DNA of 64,000 nt from Chrysomallon squamiferum (Eukaryota; Animalia; Mollusca): NCBI GenBank assembly GCA_012295275.1, contig CM022679.1:6076001-6140000 (forward strand). The letters are read 5' to 3'. The stretch's first letter is position 1. Every line of letters begins with the position of its first letter. A program made the position numbers and the translations under genes. The notes under the pieces were generated by a model. That model was not told the DNA's origin and made no database searches. It worked only from the letters and a program-made list of their open reading frames with translations. Shown here piece by piece: positions 42,001-57,000 of the stretch.

Positions 42001-45000
42001 TGGGTTTGCTTGTGTAATTTAGACACAGGTTATTACAAAATTATCTCTTTTGTAGTTCTGTGGCCAGTTTAATGCCAAATGTCTTTATAACTTCTAAAAA
42101 CAAAATCAAACAGAAGATGAAATTTCAACCCTTATTTATTATTACTACATTTTTTCAAAAATCTATTTTTAGACAAAATTCAAGGGCATTTCTAAGATTT
42201 TCATTTTTCAAATTCAAAGCCTTTTAAGTTGTTTTAAATCTATGATTAGTTAGATAATTACGAAGAGTTAAAAAATTGACCATATTAAATGTGAACTGGG
42301 TTTAATTTCTGTACCTACTACTTTTAAGGCTAAAAGCTCATTTACTATGCCCTAGCTATTTACAATTACAGTGCTGTTATCAGTGTAAAGTTAGACTGGT
42401 TGTTAGGCAGGTCATTTATAGACTGGTTGCCTGGCTCAATAGTACTGAGTGCTGATTGGCTGGATTTTCATTGTAATATTTATCAGGATGTAATCAAACT
42501 GGGTGGAACCATTGATCTAATGTGAACAACCCAGAGTTACACACCTCACTGCAACTGTATTGCTAAGCAACACAGGAAACTGAGAAACAATATCTCAGAA
42601 CAGTTTATGGAGTAGAGGTCATCAGTAGCCGAATTGAAAAATATATATATCGTTTTTTGCTTTTGTTATTAGATATTAAACAGAAGAAAAAAATTAAAAC
42701 ATGCTGTTTCATTATTTTCTTGTTTATTAGAAAAAAATGTAATGTTTCTTTGTTTAAAATGAGGTAAAAATAGAGTATTTCTAATCACTCACCTTTAATG
42801 CACAGAAAATACATGAATTTCCCATACACACATGGCCCGTCAAACATCTGTAGCTCCTTCGAAACACATCCAAATGCCAGAACACCTGTAAATAAACAAA
42901 ATAATTTTTTTTTTTTTAACTTCTCATAGCTTATGGAGATGGAGGTACAAAATGTCAATAACCATGATGTTAATAAATAAACAAAGGAAAGAATTTTTTT
43001 TGGTTTTCTTTGGTGCCAAACAAAACAGTTTTTATATGTGATGACATTCATGATGAAAAGTAATTTCATGGGAAAAGGTGTAGTTAATTTCAAAATAAAT
43101 GAAAATTAAAATGCTATTAGTTGAACAGAATCTCTCAAATGGAAGTTCTTTGTCATCATATTGGATTCACTTTAGCATATTTAAAATACATTTGCTGTCA
43201 TTTAAATATTGAAAGAGCACAGTGATGAACATTTTTAAAAACAATTTAATTATTCTTATATTTTTTGTAGATTAACGTTTTCTTAAGTATAATTAAAAAG
43301 ATATTTGTCAACTTTGATATATCTCACTGGAGCTTTATTCACACTTTATAATTATTGATAGTTAACTATGAATTAAAACACATTTGCTGATTATATAAAA
43401 AAGATCTCATTGCAGAACAAATGAATATTTAATGACATTCAATACAAAGAAAAAATGGTCTTTTAACTCCCTGACATGGATATAATCAGTACATTATATG
43501 TTGTACACTGTTTCAGACATCAATCTATATAAAATATACATTACACTACAACTGAAACAAACCTGGTATCTCTATTCAGTTTCTCTATGTATCCGTGGCC
43601 TAATGCCTCCTAAAATAGTAGAATGTACTGAGTGAACTACTTAATAAATAAGAGTTTATGAGATATAGATTCACAGCTGAGCAATTCTGCATCAAATTGT
43701 CCATTTACCAGTCAACATCCCACTAGTCATATTGACATATACATTGGTTGCAGTTGCTACATTTATCTCAGTTTGATTTCAGCAGACTTGATATTATATA
43801 TTTGTAATTTATAATCAATGCAAGTTGGTAGTGTAAATATTATGCAATTAAAGAAATCAATTTAGAAAATGTTATTTTAACAGCAGTATGAACCTTGTTT
43901 GCAATATATTTAACTGTTTTTAATGTTTGATGAATATTTGTTAAGTGATTAATAAACTGTGGACTAGGTCACATGGGATGCCAGAATATGTTTGAACTAA
44001 ATGTACTCAATAAAGATTATTATTACCATTATTTTAGAAATGTAAAATTCTGTTATCAGTGATGTTTATTTTGTTTCATTAAAGGAGGAAAAATATAAAA
44101 GGAGGAAAGAAAGAGAGAAATACTGTAACAGCTTTAACTGTATACAGAGATACACTGTGACACCTAATATACTGTACAAAAAAATATATGACATACTCCA
44201 TAACAAAACATATATTTACTGGCCATATCACACATAAGTGACATACAGTACAAATATTCTACTCTTGTATTTCCAAAGGCAATCTACAAAGTTATAAAAA
44301 CTGCAGTGGTGCATTTAATTCTACCCATAAAATTTATTTTTGCCTTGGGCAACATTCAGATTTGCTTCCAATTTTTTTTTTTTTTTTTTTTTGCTCTTCA
44401 ATGTTAGAATCATGTTCACAGTTAAATTATTATTCAAGGCTATTTTGTTATCATTTATAGTTTTCAATATATTTGGGGTTGATGTAATACAGAAAACAAA
44501 ATATTGTTATGTGGTCCAGAAGAAAAAAATGTATATTTATCATGTTCAGAAAAAAGATATTATAACATATATTGTACAGTAAACCATAATATGATATATA
44601 CCATTTATAGAATACGATATTATCTCATGTCATGTATAGAAAAGCATGCTGTGATATATGTCCTGTTCAGAATATCATTCTGTGACATACATCATGAACA
44701 GAAAACCATACCATGATATATACAATGTATATTAAAAAACAAAACAACATAAAGTGAGTTATCTAATGTACAGAAATTTGTACTTGACATGTTATTTTAT
44801 ATCATCTACAAAAAACCATACTGTGGACTCTCCCATTTTATATATATATAAAAAATGTTAATCCAGTATTTTGTACAAATAGCTAAAAGTGACATCAATG
44901 TATTGTTAATCTATTATGATGTTGAACAGTTTGAGATAATTTTGGATTATATTATTATAAGAACACAAAAGAAAGAGAATAAATCAATAATCTTAGAAAA

Positions 45001-48000
45001 TGGCTACTTTAATTGCAAACTGAGGTTAACTAAACAAAAGAATTAACTTTGTCCAAGGGGAAAGAAAATCAATATGGCTAACAAATGTGAAAGGTGTCAA
45101 TTAACAATCAAAAGCATTATTTGTTATTGGTTGTTGTTGATTTCAAAACAAAACCCAGGTACTACTTAGTTCATTAGTCTCAGGTGAACTACAGGGCTAA
45201 TTAGGACATTGCTGTTCATTATAAAACATATTCAGGATATAATTCATGTTAAATTCTTTTTTTGGGTACAGATTATATATGAATTATTATATAGCTTGGA
45301 TATTCTTGAAGTGATATGCATTTTTTTTCATTAATATTATTTTATTTTCTGCTTCTATTTATCAGCAGATTTTATTATTAAATATTTAAACACCACATAA
45401 ATACATGAAATGATTCAGTGTCCCTTATTAAATAAATCTTTTAATAAGAAAAAATAAATAAATTACTAAAAAAATATTTAAAAATTGTATCATTACATTT
45501 AAAAAGTAAATAAAAGAAGTTAATTAAGTAAAAATTTAATGCATGACAATGTAAAGCATCTTGTATACAAAACTGAATATCTGATTTAAAAAGATAATAA
45601 CAGTGACACATACAGATCAACAACATCAAATTATTTTTAAATTAATGAACATATGCTCATGTGGGATGAAACAATTCACCTGTTTATTTTTCTTGAAGAG
45701 GTAACATAAGAGAGCTTTTGAATTAATCTTTTATGTTATAACAACAGAAATATTGATGAGGTGTGATCTATTGTACTGTTCTCATTTTTAAAATCAATGC
45801 AACAATTCTGTCTCAATATTCTTTTAACATTATCACGTGCTATGGTAATATTACTCTGTGGATGATCATACTTTCTAAACAGCCATCTTAATTATGATTG
45901 CATCTTTTGTTACTTGAACTTTTCATCCCATGCTGCATATGAATGGGACAAAGGAAAATTCTGAGCCAGAAACAGCTAATTAAACAATGATAAACAGGTG
46001 AAACAATCACAGGACATCATAACAATATTAGCAATATCAAAACTGAAGACCTTGGTTCCAGTAAAAAAAAAAGCTGAGTTCTGAAAGCAGCCACAGTGTA
46101 TGGATTTGTCAAAATGTGATGACATCTGTTTTACAGACTGGCCTTTGTTATGACATCAATAAATCTCAGACACTGAAGTCAACAAAGAAAAGCCAATAAA
46201 TAAGAATTAATAAAAATGCATGAATTAATAACATTCACAAAGACATCTGTTTTAAATAATAATAATAACCTGATTGCTTTTGTAATTAAATTTTTGGCTT
46301 CAGTAAGTTTTAGACCTAACCCTACCAGTTCAGGAACAAAAAGCAATTAACATGCATGTATAATTTCAAAGATAATTTTTATTGGTTTTAAACATGTGGA
46401 CTTTAAAATGAATACGAAAAGGCAATTAATATTAAATAAGGAAAATGATTACACATTGTTTAATTCAAATAATACATTCATCAGATTTTGATATTAACTA
46501 ATAGACTAGCTTTATAATAAACAATTTAGCATTCATGATATGCAGCCAAGATTTAAAATTAATTATAATAAATGAAATAATTTGAAGTGAACTTTATAGA
46601 GCCTGGGACCTCAAAGAAAAGGAAAGGATTAAAACCAATAAACATCCATGGATTATTCAAAGTATGAACTGTGTGAAACAGACTGTCAAATCATTAACTG
46701 CAAGGTGAAAGTGCAGTCTGAGACTCTGTCGAGTGTCTGGTCATGTGACAAAAGCTCATTGTTCTTAATGAAGACATCAGGTAATAACACCTGCTGTATT
46801 AACAGATGATAATGATTAGATGTACAAGGACATAAGGTGAAATAGGATTTGATGAAAGTAGTTCTTGACATAAAATAGTTCCCAATACCACAGTGTCCTT
46901 GACATTTGTTGTCAATTAAGATTAATATGTCATTTTCATTTGGCACACTTGTGCCTACATCCAAACACCCACTCATACCCCTTTGCCCAAATACTATAAA
47001 TATTAATTAAATATCATTGTAAACAATTTAAATGAAATCAGTATGGGCAAATACACTTATTTCCTTCTTTTGTTAGGTTTACTTATTTAATTAATTTTTT
47101 ATTTTGTTTTTATATGTTTTTTTTGTTTTTTTTCAGAATGAAAGGACTACTTCTTTTCATTCAAAAATAACTATTTTAATTTTCCAGTATGTTCCAAAAA
47201 TTTATATTTATTTAAAATTCTTGTCCTCTCCATACTGTTGCTAGAAATTTTCTAAGTGTCTATAATTAACAAATACAAATAAATTAAACTCCCCACTCCT
47301 CCCACAAAATTAAGATTGCTATCCCAACCTGTCAACCCTCTATAAAAACAGTTCATGCTGCAGCCCCAGGGCAGGTAGATAATTAAAATACAATTCTCTT
47401 CATATCCCACTATGACTAAGAGAGACACACTGACAGGCTTTCTAAGCTAAACCAAACAGCTATATTAGCACCACTCCTCAGTTTATACAAAAAAGAGGAC
47501 TGAGTGGTGTCATGAAAAGAAAATCCCCTAAAGTCATTGTAATAAGAAGATTACTGCCAGAAAGGTGAGGTAACAACACCTAAGCATTTCCTGACAGGTG
47601 GGCAGCCAGTTCTTTGAGTCAGGTGTTTAGACAGGTAAAAAAAAGTAGTTCCCTTACATTGTTATTATTATTAGTAGTATTAGTATTATAAAAGCAGGAA
47701 CACAATTCTGTACTTCAAGTAAAACTGCTATTTTTCTAAATAGAAGTTTTGTTATTTGAAAACCTTCTAGTTAGATACTATAAAACATCGAAATATTTTA
47801 AATATTATATAGCCTACTAGTTGTTTAAAAAGTGTATAATAAAGTTTAAAAATTGTTCAGATTTATAACATTATTTTATTTTATTATTATTTTTTAATAC
47901 TTTTTATTTTATCATTTTTAATTTGATCATTTTGTAAATTGCCGAGTAATATGGAAACAGAAACAGTCCATTAATTTAGTACCATTAGCTGTTAAAAATA

Positions 48001-48263
48001 CACATTCCACCCATGTATACATTGTCTATACAATCATGCGACACACCATAAGTAACTACAAAAACAGCCGTCCTTTTAAATGTAAACCTAGCTGATTCTG
48101 TACCTTTGTACACATTCATCTACAAAGGCCAAAACTGGATGTAAACTTTTGGATGTAAAAATACTATATACAACTGATAGAAGATATGGGGGATATAGCT
48201 AAGGAGGAATGAAGAATGAAAGAAGATAAAAAAAAAAAAAAAGGAAAAAAAAGATCTTTTAAC

Positions 48264-48298
<35 letters not shown>

Positions 48299-50962
48299 AT
48301 AATAATAATTTTCATTATCCACCCATTTCCTTAATCATGTTTATGAGAAGGTTTATATAAAATATGTCTTGCTAATAATCAGTAAGAGTAGCCCATACTG
48401 TGGTGTCGCTAATTTTTTTATATCACAGTTATTATCTTTCTATAAAAAAAAAAAAAAAAAAAAAAAACCCACACATATTAAAATAGATTTTAATAATCAT
48501 TAGAAATCAATGCAGATCCAAAAACTAAGATGAATTAAATTTCATTTAACAAAAAAAAAGAAGAAAACTATTAATCAGCAAAAAGAAAAAGATACACACA
48601 CAAGTTCTACTCTGCCCAAGATTTGTGTATGCAAATTCTCATTTATTCTTCTATTTAACTCAGGACTTGACAAGTTCCTACAAATGTACAGGATATGTAT
48701 GTCAGTTGTACATTATATTTGAGTATAATATATTGATGTGCAGCCATAGCACATTTCCCTACATTATGTATTTATTATTAAACACCTAGGCAACACGTTT
48801 AGACAATGGGGATTAATTATGATAGATCAAAGAAGACGACAATGGATTTATTTCATGTTTAACAACAGTCTGAGAATATTAATTAATGAAAATGAAAAAC
48901 ACACCTGTCCAAGGTTGTAAAAATTGGTTTAAAAAAAAAGAATAAGAAAAGGATTTACAAAAGTATGCCATCACAATAGCATGAGAAATTTACATTGATC
49001 AAAATATAAATTAGTATTTTTATTTGGTCGATAATCAAGAACATTATTGAATATATAAAACATTTTTTTTATAGCACTGACATTAATCTGTTTGGAAGAG
49101 ATTTAATGATGAAAGGAAATTTCAACAGAGTGGTCAGTGAGGCTAAAATGATTGACAGATTCTTTGTCCAAGATAAAAGGAAAATCTGACAAGGTGAGAT
49201 GAAAATGGACAACAGGTAATGGTGTTTTCCGTTATCATTTGAGTCACAGGTTTTGTATCCAGGAAGTGTCTTATTTGGTATCCAGGATGTAATCTATTCA
49301 AGCACACCATTTTGATCTGAGTGTTTCATAAATGTTATTAATTTAGAATTTTTAAAGAAGAATAAAAGTTTGCAAAATTGGTGAAAATAAGTGATAAGAT
49401 GCTGTAACTTTTTTTAATTTTCATTTCTTATGTTAATTCTTATCATTATTTTAAATTACTAATCCATTTTTTCTCTCTTTTTTGGAAAATATTAAAAATA
49501 TTATATTAAATATAAATATATCCTCTTTTCTTAAGAAAAAATAAAATACTATAAAATTATTTTAAAAAAATATACCACACATTGATACACTTTTTTAAAG
49601 CTTAATTACATCTGCTTGGATATAGTTATATCAGATTTATTGTATAAAGCAACATGTACACATATTATTCTGAAGATGGTGTGATTTTTGTGTTTTGAAA
49701 AGTGACACAAAGCTATAACACACAAGTGTGTAAGCCACACAGTTCTGTTGACAAAACTCAGTTTCACAAAACATAACCTCATCATGATGTTGACAGCATT
49801 CCAAACATGGTGAGAAAAACAAATAGCAAAAAAAAAAAAAAAAAAAAAAAATACCATCAAACAGCCACCACAACAACAACAAAAACTATATGAAGAAGTT
49901 ATTCTGAAAATGTTTTAAAGCTTAATTAATTCACATCTGTGTTCACTTAAAAAACTGACTTACTTTTAACTGTACTGAACTATGATACCATAATTATATT
50001 TAATATCTTATTTTGAAAAGTAATTCTGAAAAATATAAGTAAAAAATAAAATAACATTTATATAGAATTCCATCATCAATTCTGTGAATACTTATTTTAC
50101 AGATCTATGTGAAACAATTAAATTTAAAATTTCTTTTCTTTAATAACACACCAAAAACCAAACTATTTTCTATCAATGGTTGTTGGATATTTGATATTAT
50201 TTAGGTATTTCTAAAATAAAGGTTTTCACTTGAAACCCATAGTTTTTTGTATTAATTATTGTATCACTGGTCTTACAAATGACCATGGTTCAGCTAGCAG
50301 CAGTTTCAAAATTTAAACCAAATTTCAGTAGTGTCCTTAATTTCACAGGTAAATGCATCATGCTTGGGACAGGTACATTAATTAAAAGACCGGAAGGAAA
50401 TGACTCACCTGGACGGCTAACACCAGCTGTACTATTACAGAGCCAAACAAAGAGTTTTACAAAACTTCAAGAAATAAAGTAGAAAAAGAAAAGTGAAATA
50501 AAGAACAAGAATAAAAGTGAAAGTGTAGAGGAAAAGAAAAGAAAAAAGACATAATAAAAAGAAAAGAAAAAGAGGAAAAAACAAGGGCTTTTTTAAAATA
50601 AAAACTTTGTGAAGGAAGACATACAATGTCTTTTAAGTATCTGGTGCAATTCAGTACTTTTTAAACTTTTTAACACCATCTAAAATTTAAATTTTAAATA
50701 ATAAAATAAATGTTTAAATCAACACCAGTCTAGACACTACGACTACAAAATCAGATTTAAAGTACAAAATGCATGACAACAAAGGGGGGTGAATAAAAAA
50801 AGCTTCCTGTTAATCTCATTTTTAAATCTTTAACAGGTGCAGTCTGTTGTTTCTGTTTAAATAAAAACAATTATATCCATATGGTGCACTTTAGTGTGAA
50901 GTCACCATGTCATGATATATTTGACTATATATTTTTACAAACCTGATTTAAATATTGTTTTA

Positions 50963-51028
<66 letters not shown>

Positions 51029-54000
51029 ATTTGAAAATAAACTGACAGTTTTTAACTTAGCTAAGTCATGTTGTTTTTCCAACACACTTTCTTTCATCCT
51101 GCCTTAATATTTGACTTTTTTTTATTCTATATTTGTCTTTATCTGATTCTTCTCATCTGTTTCTGCTTGTTGTTCTTTTCCTAAAATGCACATGATAACA
51201 TAAAACCAGCACTTTTGTCTCTGCTGTAAGATATCTATTCCTGTACAAATGTCCTTTAATACAAATTTCCCTCTCCCCTTGGCTAAATTCTACACCGCTT
51301 TTGTCAGTTGTGTGCATGAGATGAACCTGCTGCATGTCAAAGAGTTTTGGGGTGTAACCCACTTAATCAAAATGAGTGCGGATCTACATGACATTTAAAC
51401 AAAAAAAATTTCCTTCATGTCAGTATGAATGATGAAGGCTGTCTACATTTGTTCAACACCCTGATACCACTGTGCATCTAAAATGGTGGCAACAGGTTAC
51501 CTCAGTGCATTAACAAGTCCATTTTAAAGTTTTAATAAGACTTACAGGATTCATTTTCTGTTATTGGATGCTAGATGCAAATTTTTTTTAAATATGATAT
51601 ATAGTTTTCAAAGTAAATTACTACTATTACTGTTATTATTGCATTTATAATTATAATTATTATTATTTGCACTTTTTCAGTCAATACTGTACATATCAGA
51701 GACTTTATGTACCATCTGTGGAATAGGAAATATCCCAAAGAGGACTGACAACAAAGATTCTACCACCACACTCTACCATACCCTTGTTTAGTCAGTTGAA
51801 AATATTTTTTAAAAAAACTCCAAAAAGAACAAAAAAACCTGTTAATAAACTAATATTACATAACTATATGTTTTACAAATTAATTTATGAGTGTGTACTT
51901 TCACATACATGCTATATTACCTGGTTTAATGCCAGAAATGTGTTACATACAAAGCCACAGGTGTTTGTTTTGTTTCAAATCAAGAGCTCTTATTAAACAA
52001 TGAAAACTTCAGGTAACAAAAAAGTAAAATAACCTGTTTTTATTTACCACTTCATTAGAAGCTATAGGAATGTTAAACTGCCTTTGGGACAGGTATAGAA
52101 AAGTATCAAAACAATGCAAACACACTTCTAGTGCTAATTAGAAAGCTATTAACATTTTGAAAGCATTTGAAAAACACTTGGGTAAGTGACAGGTGTGTTT
52201 GAAAGAACTTGGACAGGTACTACAACAGGTGTTTATGCTACTACTTCACACACAAGAGATAAAAAATAAAGTGTTAGGTAATTCTGAGGAGGGCACACAG
52301 GGGTCCTGTTAGTTTTCTCAACAAAAGACAGGTCCGGACGTGATCTAGCACCACACCTACACCAAACTAAAACAGTGGTGTGCATCAGAGGGTAAGGAAC
52401 ACCTATTGTCAATAACAGGTATCTAACAATTCACATCTCACTGTGACCACACCAGGTATGTCCAGACGGTTGGACATCAAAGGGATGTAACTCTGCACTT
52501 CAAAGGGGCTACACTGCTGTCCAAACAAGTTATTAATGGGTGATATAATGGGGATTAGATAAATTAAAGTGCTAGGTAATAACCATTATTTTTCTGGCTT
52601 TGTAGTTTGTACTGTAAATAGTCAATTGAGGCTTTGGGCTATTTTTCTATTATCTTAAAATTTGTATTGCCTGCACTACACACATATTGATTTGATAATC
52701 CTGAAACATAATATAAAAGTAAGTGTTACATATTAATTTCACATAAATAAAATCCCAAATGTCCACTAATTATGTATTTGGGTTAAAAAAAAATTGAAAA
52801 AGGAAAGAACTTTTAAATTATCAAATGAATCACAATTGATTAGTATAAAAACTAAAAACTGAGAGGGTGAAAATTTGTATAATTAATATGCATTTGATAT
52901 TTTTCTTGGAAGCCACACACAAACCTTCTCTCTCTGTTATTTATAATAGCTTTTTCTCTGACTGGAAAATAAATGTCCATATTTTCTTCCAAAATAAATT
53001 ACTAATCCAAAAAAACTGGTTATTTTTATTACTGTTGTTGGTTTCTTTTTACTTATTATTATTTTTTCTTTATAGTTAATTTTAACCTTAAACCTAGAAA
53101 CCATTTTGTTTTTAACATAAATTCACACTGGTAAAATGTCTGGCTGGATATTACCAAAAATTTTGTTTACAAAATGACATTCCTGCAGTATGAAACACAA
53201 ACAATAAAAATCTTCTTCAAATATTTTCAAAAGGAAACAGTATCTCTTTCATATCTTCCTGAACAACATGAGCTTGTTATTTTTAGCCAGGGCTATAAGG
53301 GGACACTATCACTGTTTGGTATAGAGGGCGCTGTAGCATGACAACTGTGGCAGTCAAAATAAAAAGGGTGAACAAAATTTATAAAAAAAAATAATATCAA
53401 CAAGCTTTAGTTTACAGCATAATAGTTGTGACAAGCACAAACATGGACATTAAAAAAAAAAAAAGCTAAAAAAAAGAAAGACAGACTGAAAATAAAAAAA
53501 AGGGGAAAAAAAGAATAATAAAACCTAAAAACATAATTTTAAGAAACCAAGAAGATGTTGTGATAGATACAAAACACAAACATTTCTAAAATAAAAACAA
53601 CAACAAAAAAAAAAAACCCATGTTTTTTTCTCATTTTATGTAACAAAACATGTCTCCATTGTTGACCCTTTTGTGGTTGTCATGGCAATGGAGCTCAGGT
53701 GTAAGTATCTTTGATCTGCTTTATAACAGGTAAGAGAGAAAGATAGGTAATCCCTTGTCTGAAACCGACTTATTTTTGCTGTCAGAGGGAGTTTGATGGA
53801 TCTGTGCTAAATGTAGAGTATGCTAATTTAGCTAACCCAGGCAAACGGCTTAAATTTTATAACTAACTTTTGTTGTTTAAATATAAATATAAATATATAT
53901 AAGAATATATATATAGTATATTATTTTTGTTGTTTATTATTTTATAAAAAATTTTAAAATTTGATTTTGACTTTACAAATATTACCTGATCATAAATGTG

Positions 54001-57000
54001 CCACTTAAAATAATGAAATTTTTGGTTAATGAAGAGATGAATGGCTAATGCCACAAGTTAAACTGTTTTCCACCCAAAAATAAAGCATATGTTAAATAAT
54101 ACTACAGTTTTCAATCAAATTAATAAATTCAAATATAAATTCAAAAAAAAAAAAAATAAATAAATAAATACCAATAATAATAATTTTAAAAAAATATAAA
54201 ATAAAAAAATAAATTAAAAACAAAGCAAACAAACAAACAAACAAACAAATAAAAAAATAAAATTCTTGCTGAAGCAAACTATTACAAAATAATAATAAAG
54301 TACATGAAAATTATTTTATTTATTTTATCCAGGATAAATGAAATCACATTCAGTGAACTAATTCTACCAGGCTTTCAGAATTATATCCAAAACAAAACAA
54401 GTATTTTAACAAAAAAGTCATTTTGGCAATTTATTGTCCTCATAAAAAAAAAAAAAAAAAGAACTGTTACAGACCACTGTTAAAACATAAAGCAAATAGC
54501 CCTTGGTTGCCCAGTGTAGTAACACACACTCTTGAATTAAAGACGCATTTAACAAAAATTGGATCAACTGCTAATTCAATTTATTTTTGTCTGTCAGACT
54601 CAAAACTGATATTCACTGTGTTTGTAAAGAAACAATCTATCATGGTCCACGTTAAATATACTTTTAACAGTTCTGGTGTGACACCTGAATTCAGTGTTGA
54701 CTTTAAAGCCTAACATAACAGGTTTGGGACAGAGGAAGACAGTACACCAGCTGTCGAAATCCGACACTCACGTGTCCACCACTGACCACCTGATGCCCAC
54801 ACAATGACCGGCTTGTGCCAGACTTTTGCATTGACTGAAGCCCTTTCATTAAGGTCTAAAGACTCCCATAGAAAGGCAAGTATTGCGGATTTGTGAAGCC
54901 TCAGTGGACAACAGATAGTGAGTGAAGATACTAGTAAATAGTGTCCAGACATCCCTTCTGATTGGTCAGTACACGACAGGTGTGTAACATAGTACAAATT
55001 AAAATGACTGACCAGCGTATGGATGGACGCTGACCAGTCAATAGAGGGATGACAGTGGGCACAATGGGGAAGGTGGACAGTTCCTAAATACTGGTTTTTG
55101 AAAAAGAAAAATGAATAAAATAACCAAAGTAAAGAAATATAAAATAACAAATGACACGAGTCTTTAGAATAAAAAATAAAAGAAATGAGAAGATGGGGAC
55201 AGGCCAATAGCCATCTGTTTTACAAACACTGTTTACACACTGTACAGGTAAAGTAACAAATACATGTTTTACTCTGAACAAGTGTTAACATGGTCATGCT
55301 AATTATGTACCTTTCTCACCTGTAACAGATGTTCAGGACACCTTTCAGACAATGCTCTAAATCACTGACCAGTGGTCAAGATACCTTTATGACAATACCC
55401 ACATTATTGTAAATTGGCTGAGGGACCTTTCAAACAATGTGCAAATCACAGCCCTGTGATCAGGCAGCATTGTAATTATTGACCTTTGATTAGGAGACTG
55501 GTCAGACAATCTCACAATCAGTAACCACTGGTCAGCAAACAGTATGTTCATCATCAGAATAAAACAAGTTTAGTAACTGCAGGTGATACAATTTAATCAG
55601 GAGAATTTACAGGTGATAAACAAGTAACAAAACAATAAATTAAATATTTTATCAGAAACTCTTTGATTTACAAACATTTCTGACGTATTATTTTTGTGTC
55701 TAAAAATTTTAATAAATAAATAAAATTTAAGAAATGAAAAAGAGAGAAAGAGAGAGAGACACAGAGAGAAAATGCAGAATAAATGACAGAAACACAGAAA
55801 TTAAAATATTATTCAAATTTGTCTACACTGAACTCATTTTTATCGATGACAGTTATTTGCCATTTCTAAATTTAAACATAATGATGAAAATTATTTTCTT
55901 TAATTTGAAAAAGATCTATACTTAACAAAATTTCTTATTTATACTTTTATTATAAATGTTAATATAATCCACTTTCAATACATATTTGTTTTTAAATTTG
56001 TAAGGAACAATCCTAATGATTATACTGTTTTGCTTATTCTCTGGTCTCATTACCACAAGAAAAGATAGAATAAAATAATAAAACAACATTTTTGTAGTTA
56101 CACACATTTCATTAACTGAGCCAGTTCAAATTTCTGTTATAGAAGATTACATATGTCAAATTATTTCACTAATTGGAAGATTTATTTTCAGCTAGTTTCC
56201 ACCAACACTTCCTGTTTCATTAGTGGAGTATCAGCCACCAGGTGTCACTTCTGCAGCAGCTGTGACTTGAAGAAAAGTATTTTTTAAATGTTTTATTAGA
56301 CCATAGCAGGTCACATGTGCTATTACAGTTTAACTAATCAATAATCACATCATATGTGTGCACATTGTGGTGTTTTCTTCAGTAAAACACACACATCTCT
56401 ATCTCTCTCAAAGTTCTAAAGAAAACATCAATAGTAATGTCTATATTATTTACATATAACTCAGATTTTGCAATTTTAAAATCATTGTATCAGTATGTAT
56501 GCTGTAGTATCATCTGACTGGATTATTCTTATCATGAGACTATAATCCTATAACCAGTTAAGACTGACAAAAAACCTGATTTTACAGATCTTTTTAAAAC
56601 ATTTAACTTTGATTTTCTCAAAAGCTGAAAATTTTGTTTTTTCTTTCTGCAGCTCCATAAACACACCATGTGTGGTATGACATGCAAGCACACGTAATGT
56701 TTAAATGGTTCTGACAAACCAGTTTCAACTTGCCATAGCCATTTTTCATGTCATTTTGTCAGTTAAAAAACCCAAATTCAAAAACTATTTTTTTGATCCA
56801 AACAATAAAAATAAATTTAAAATTCACACAAACCTTCCTTCTGAAATAACTGGATAAAAAATATTGATTTGGTGTATGTGGTTAGTGCAGTATTAATTTT
56901 TAATCATTTTATGATTTTTTTTTTTATCTCATTCCTTTTTTTCTACGTAGAATTTTAAATGATTCATTCAGAATCAGGTTTTGGCTTGTCCTTATTAACA

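Noticed and set aside
44100-44820. Degenerate minisatellite-like region (repeated gtacag/ccata motifs)
   Set aside because: No repeat unit could be defined reliably by eye.
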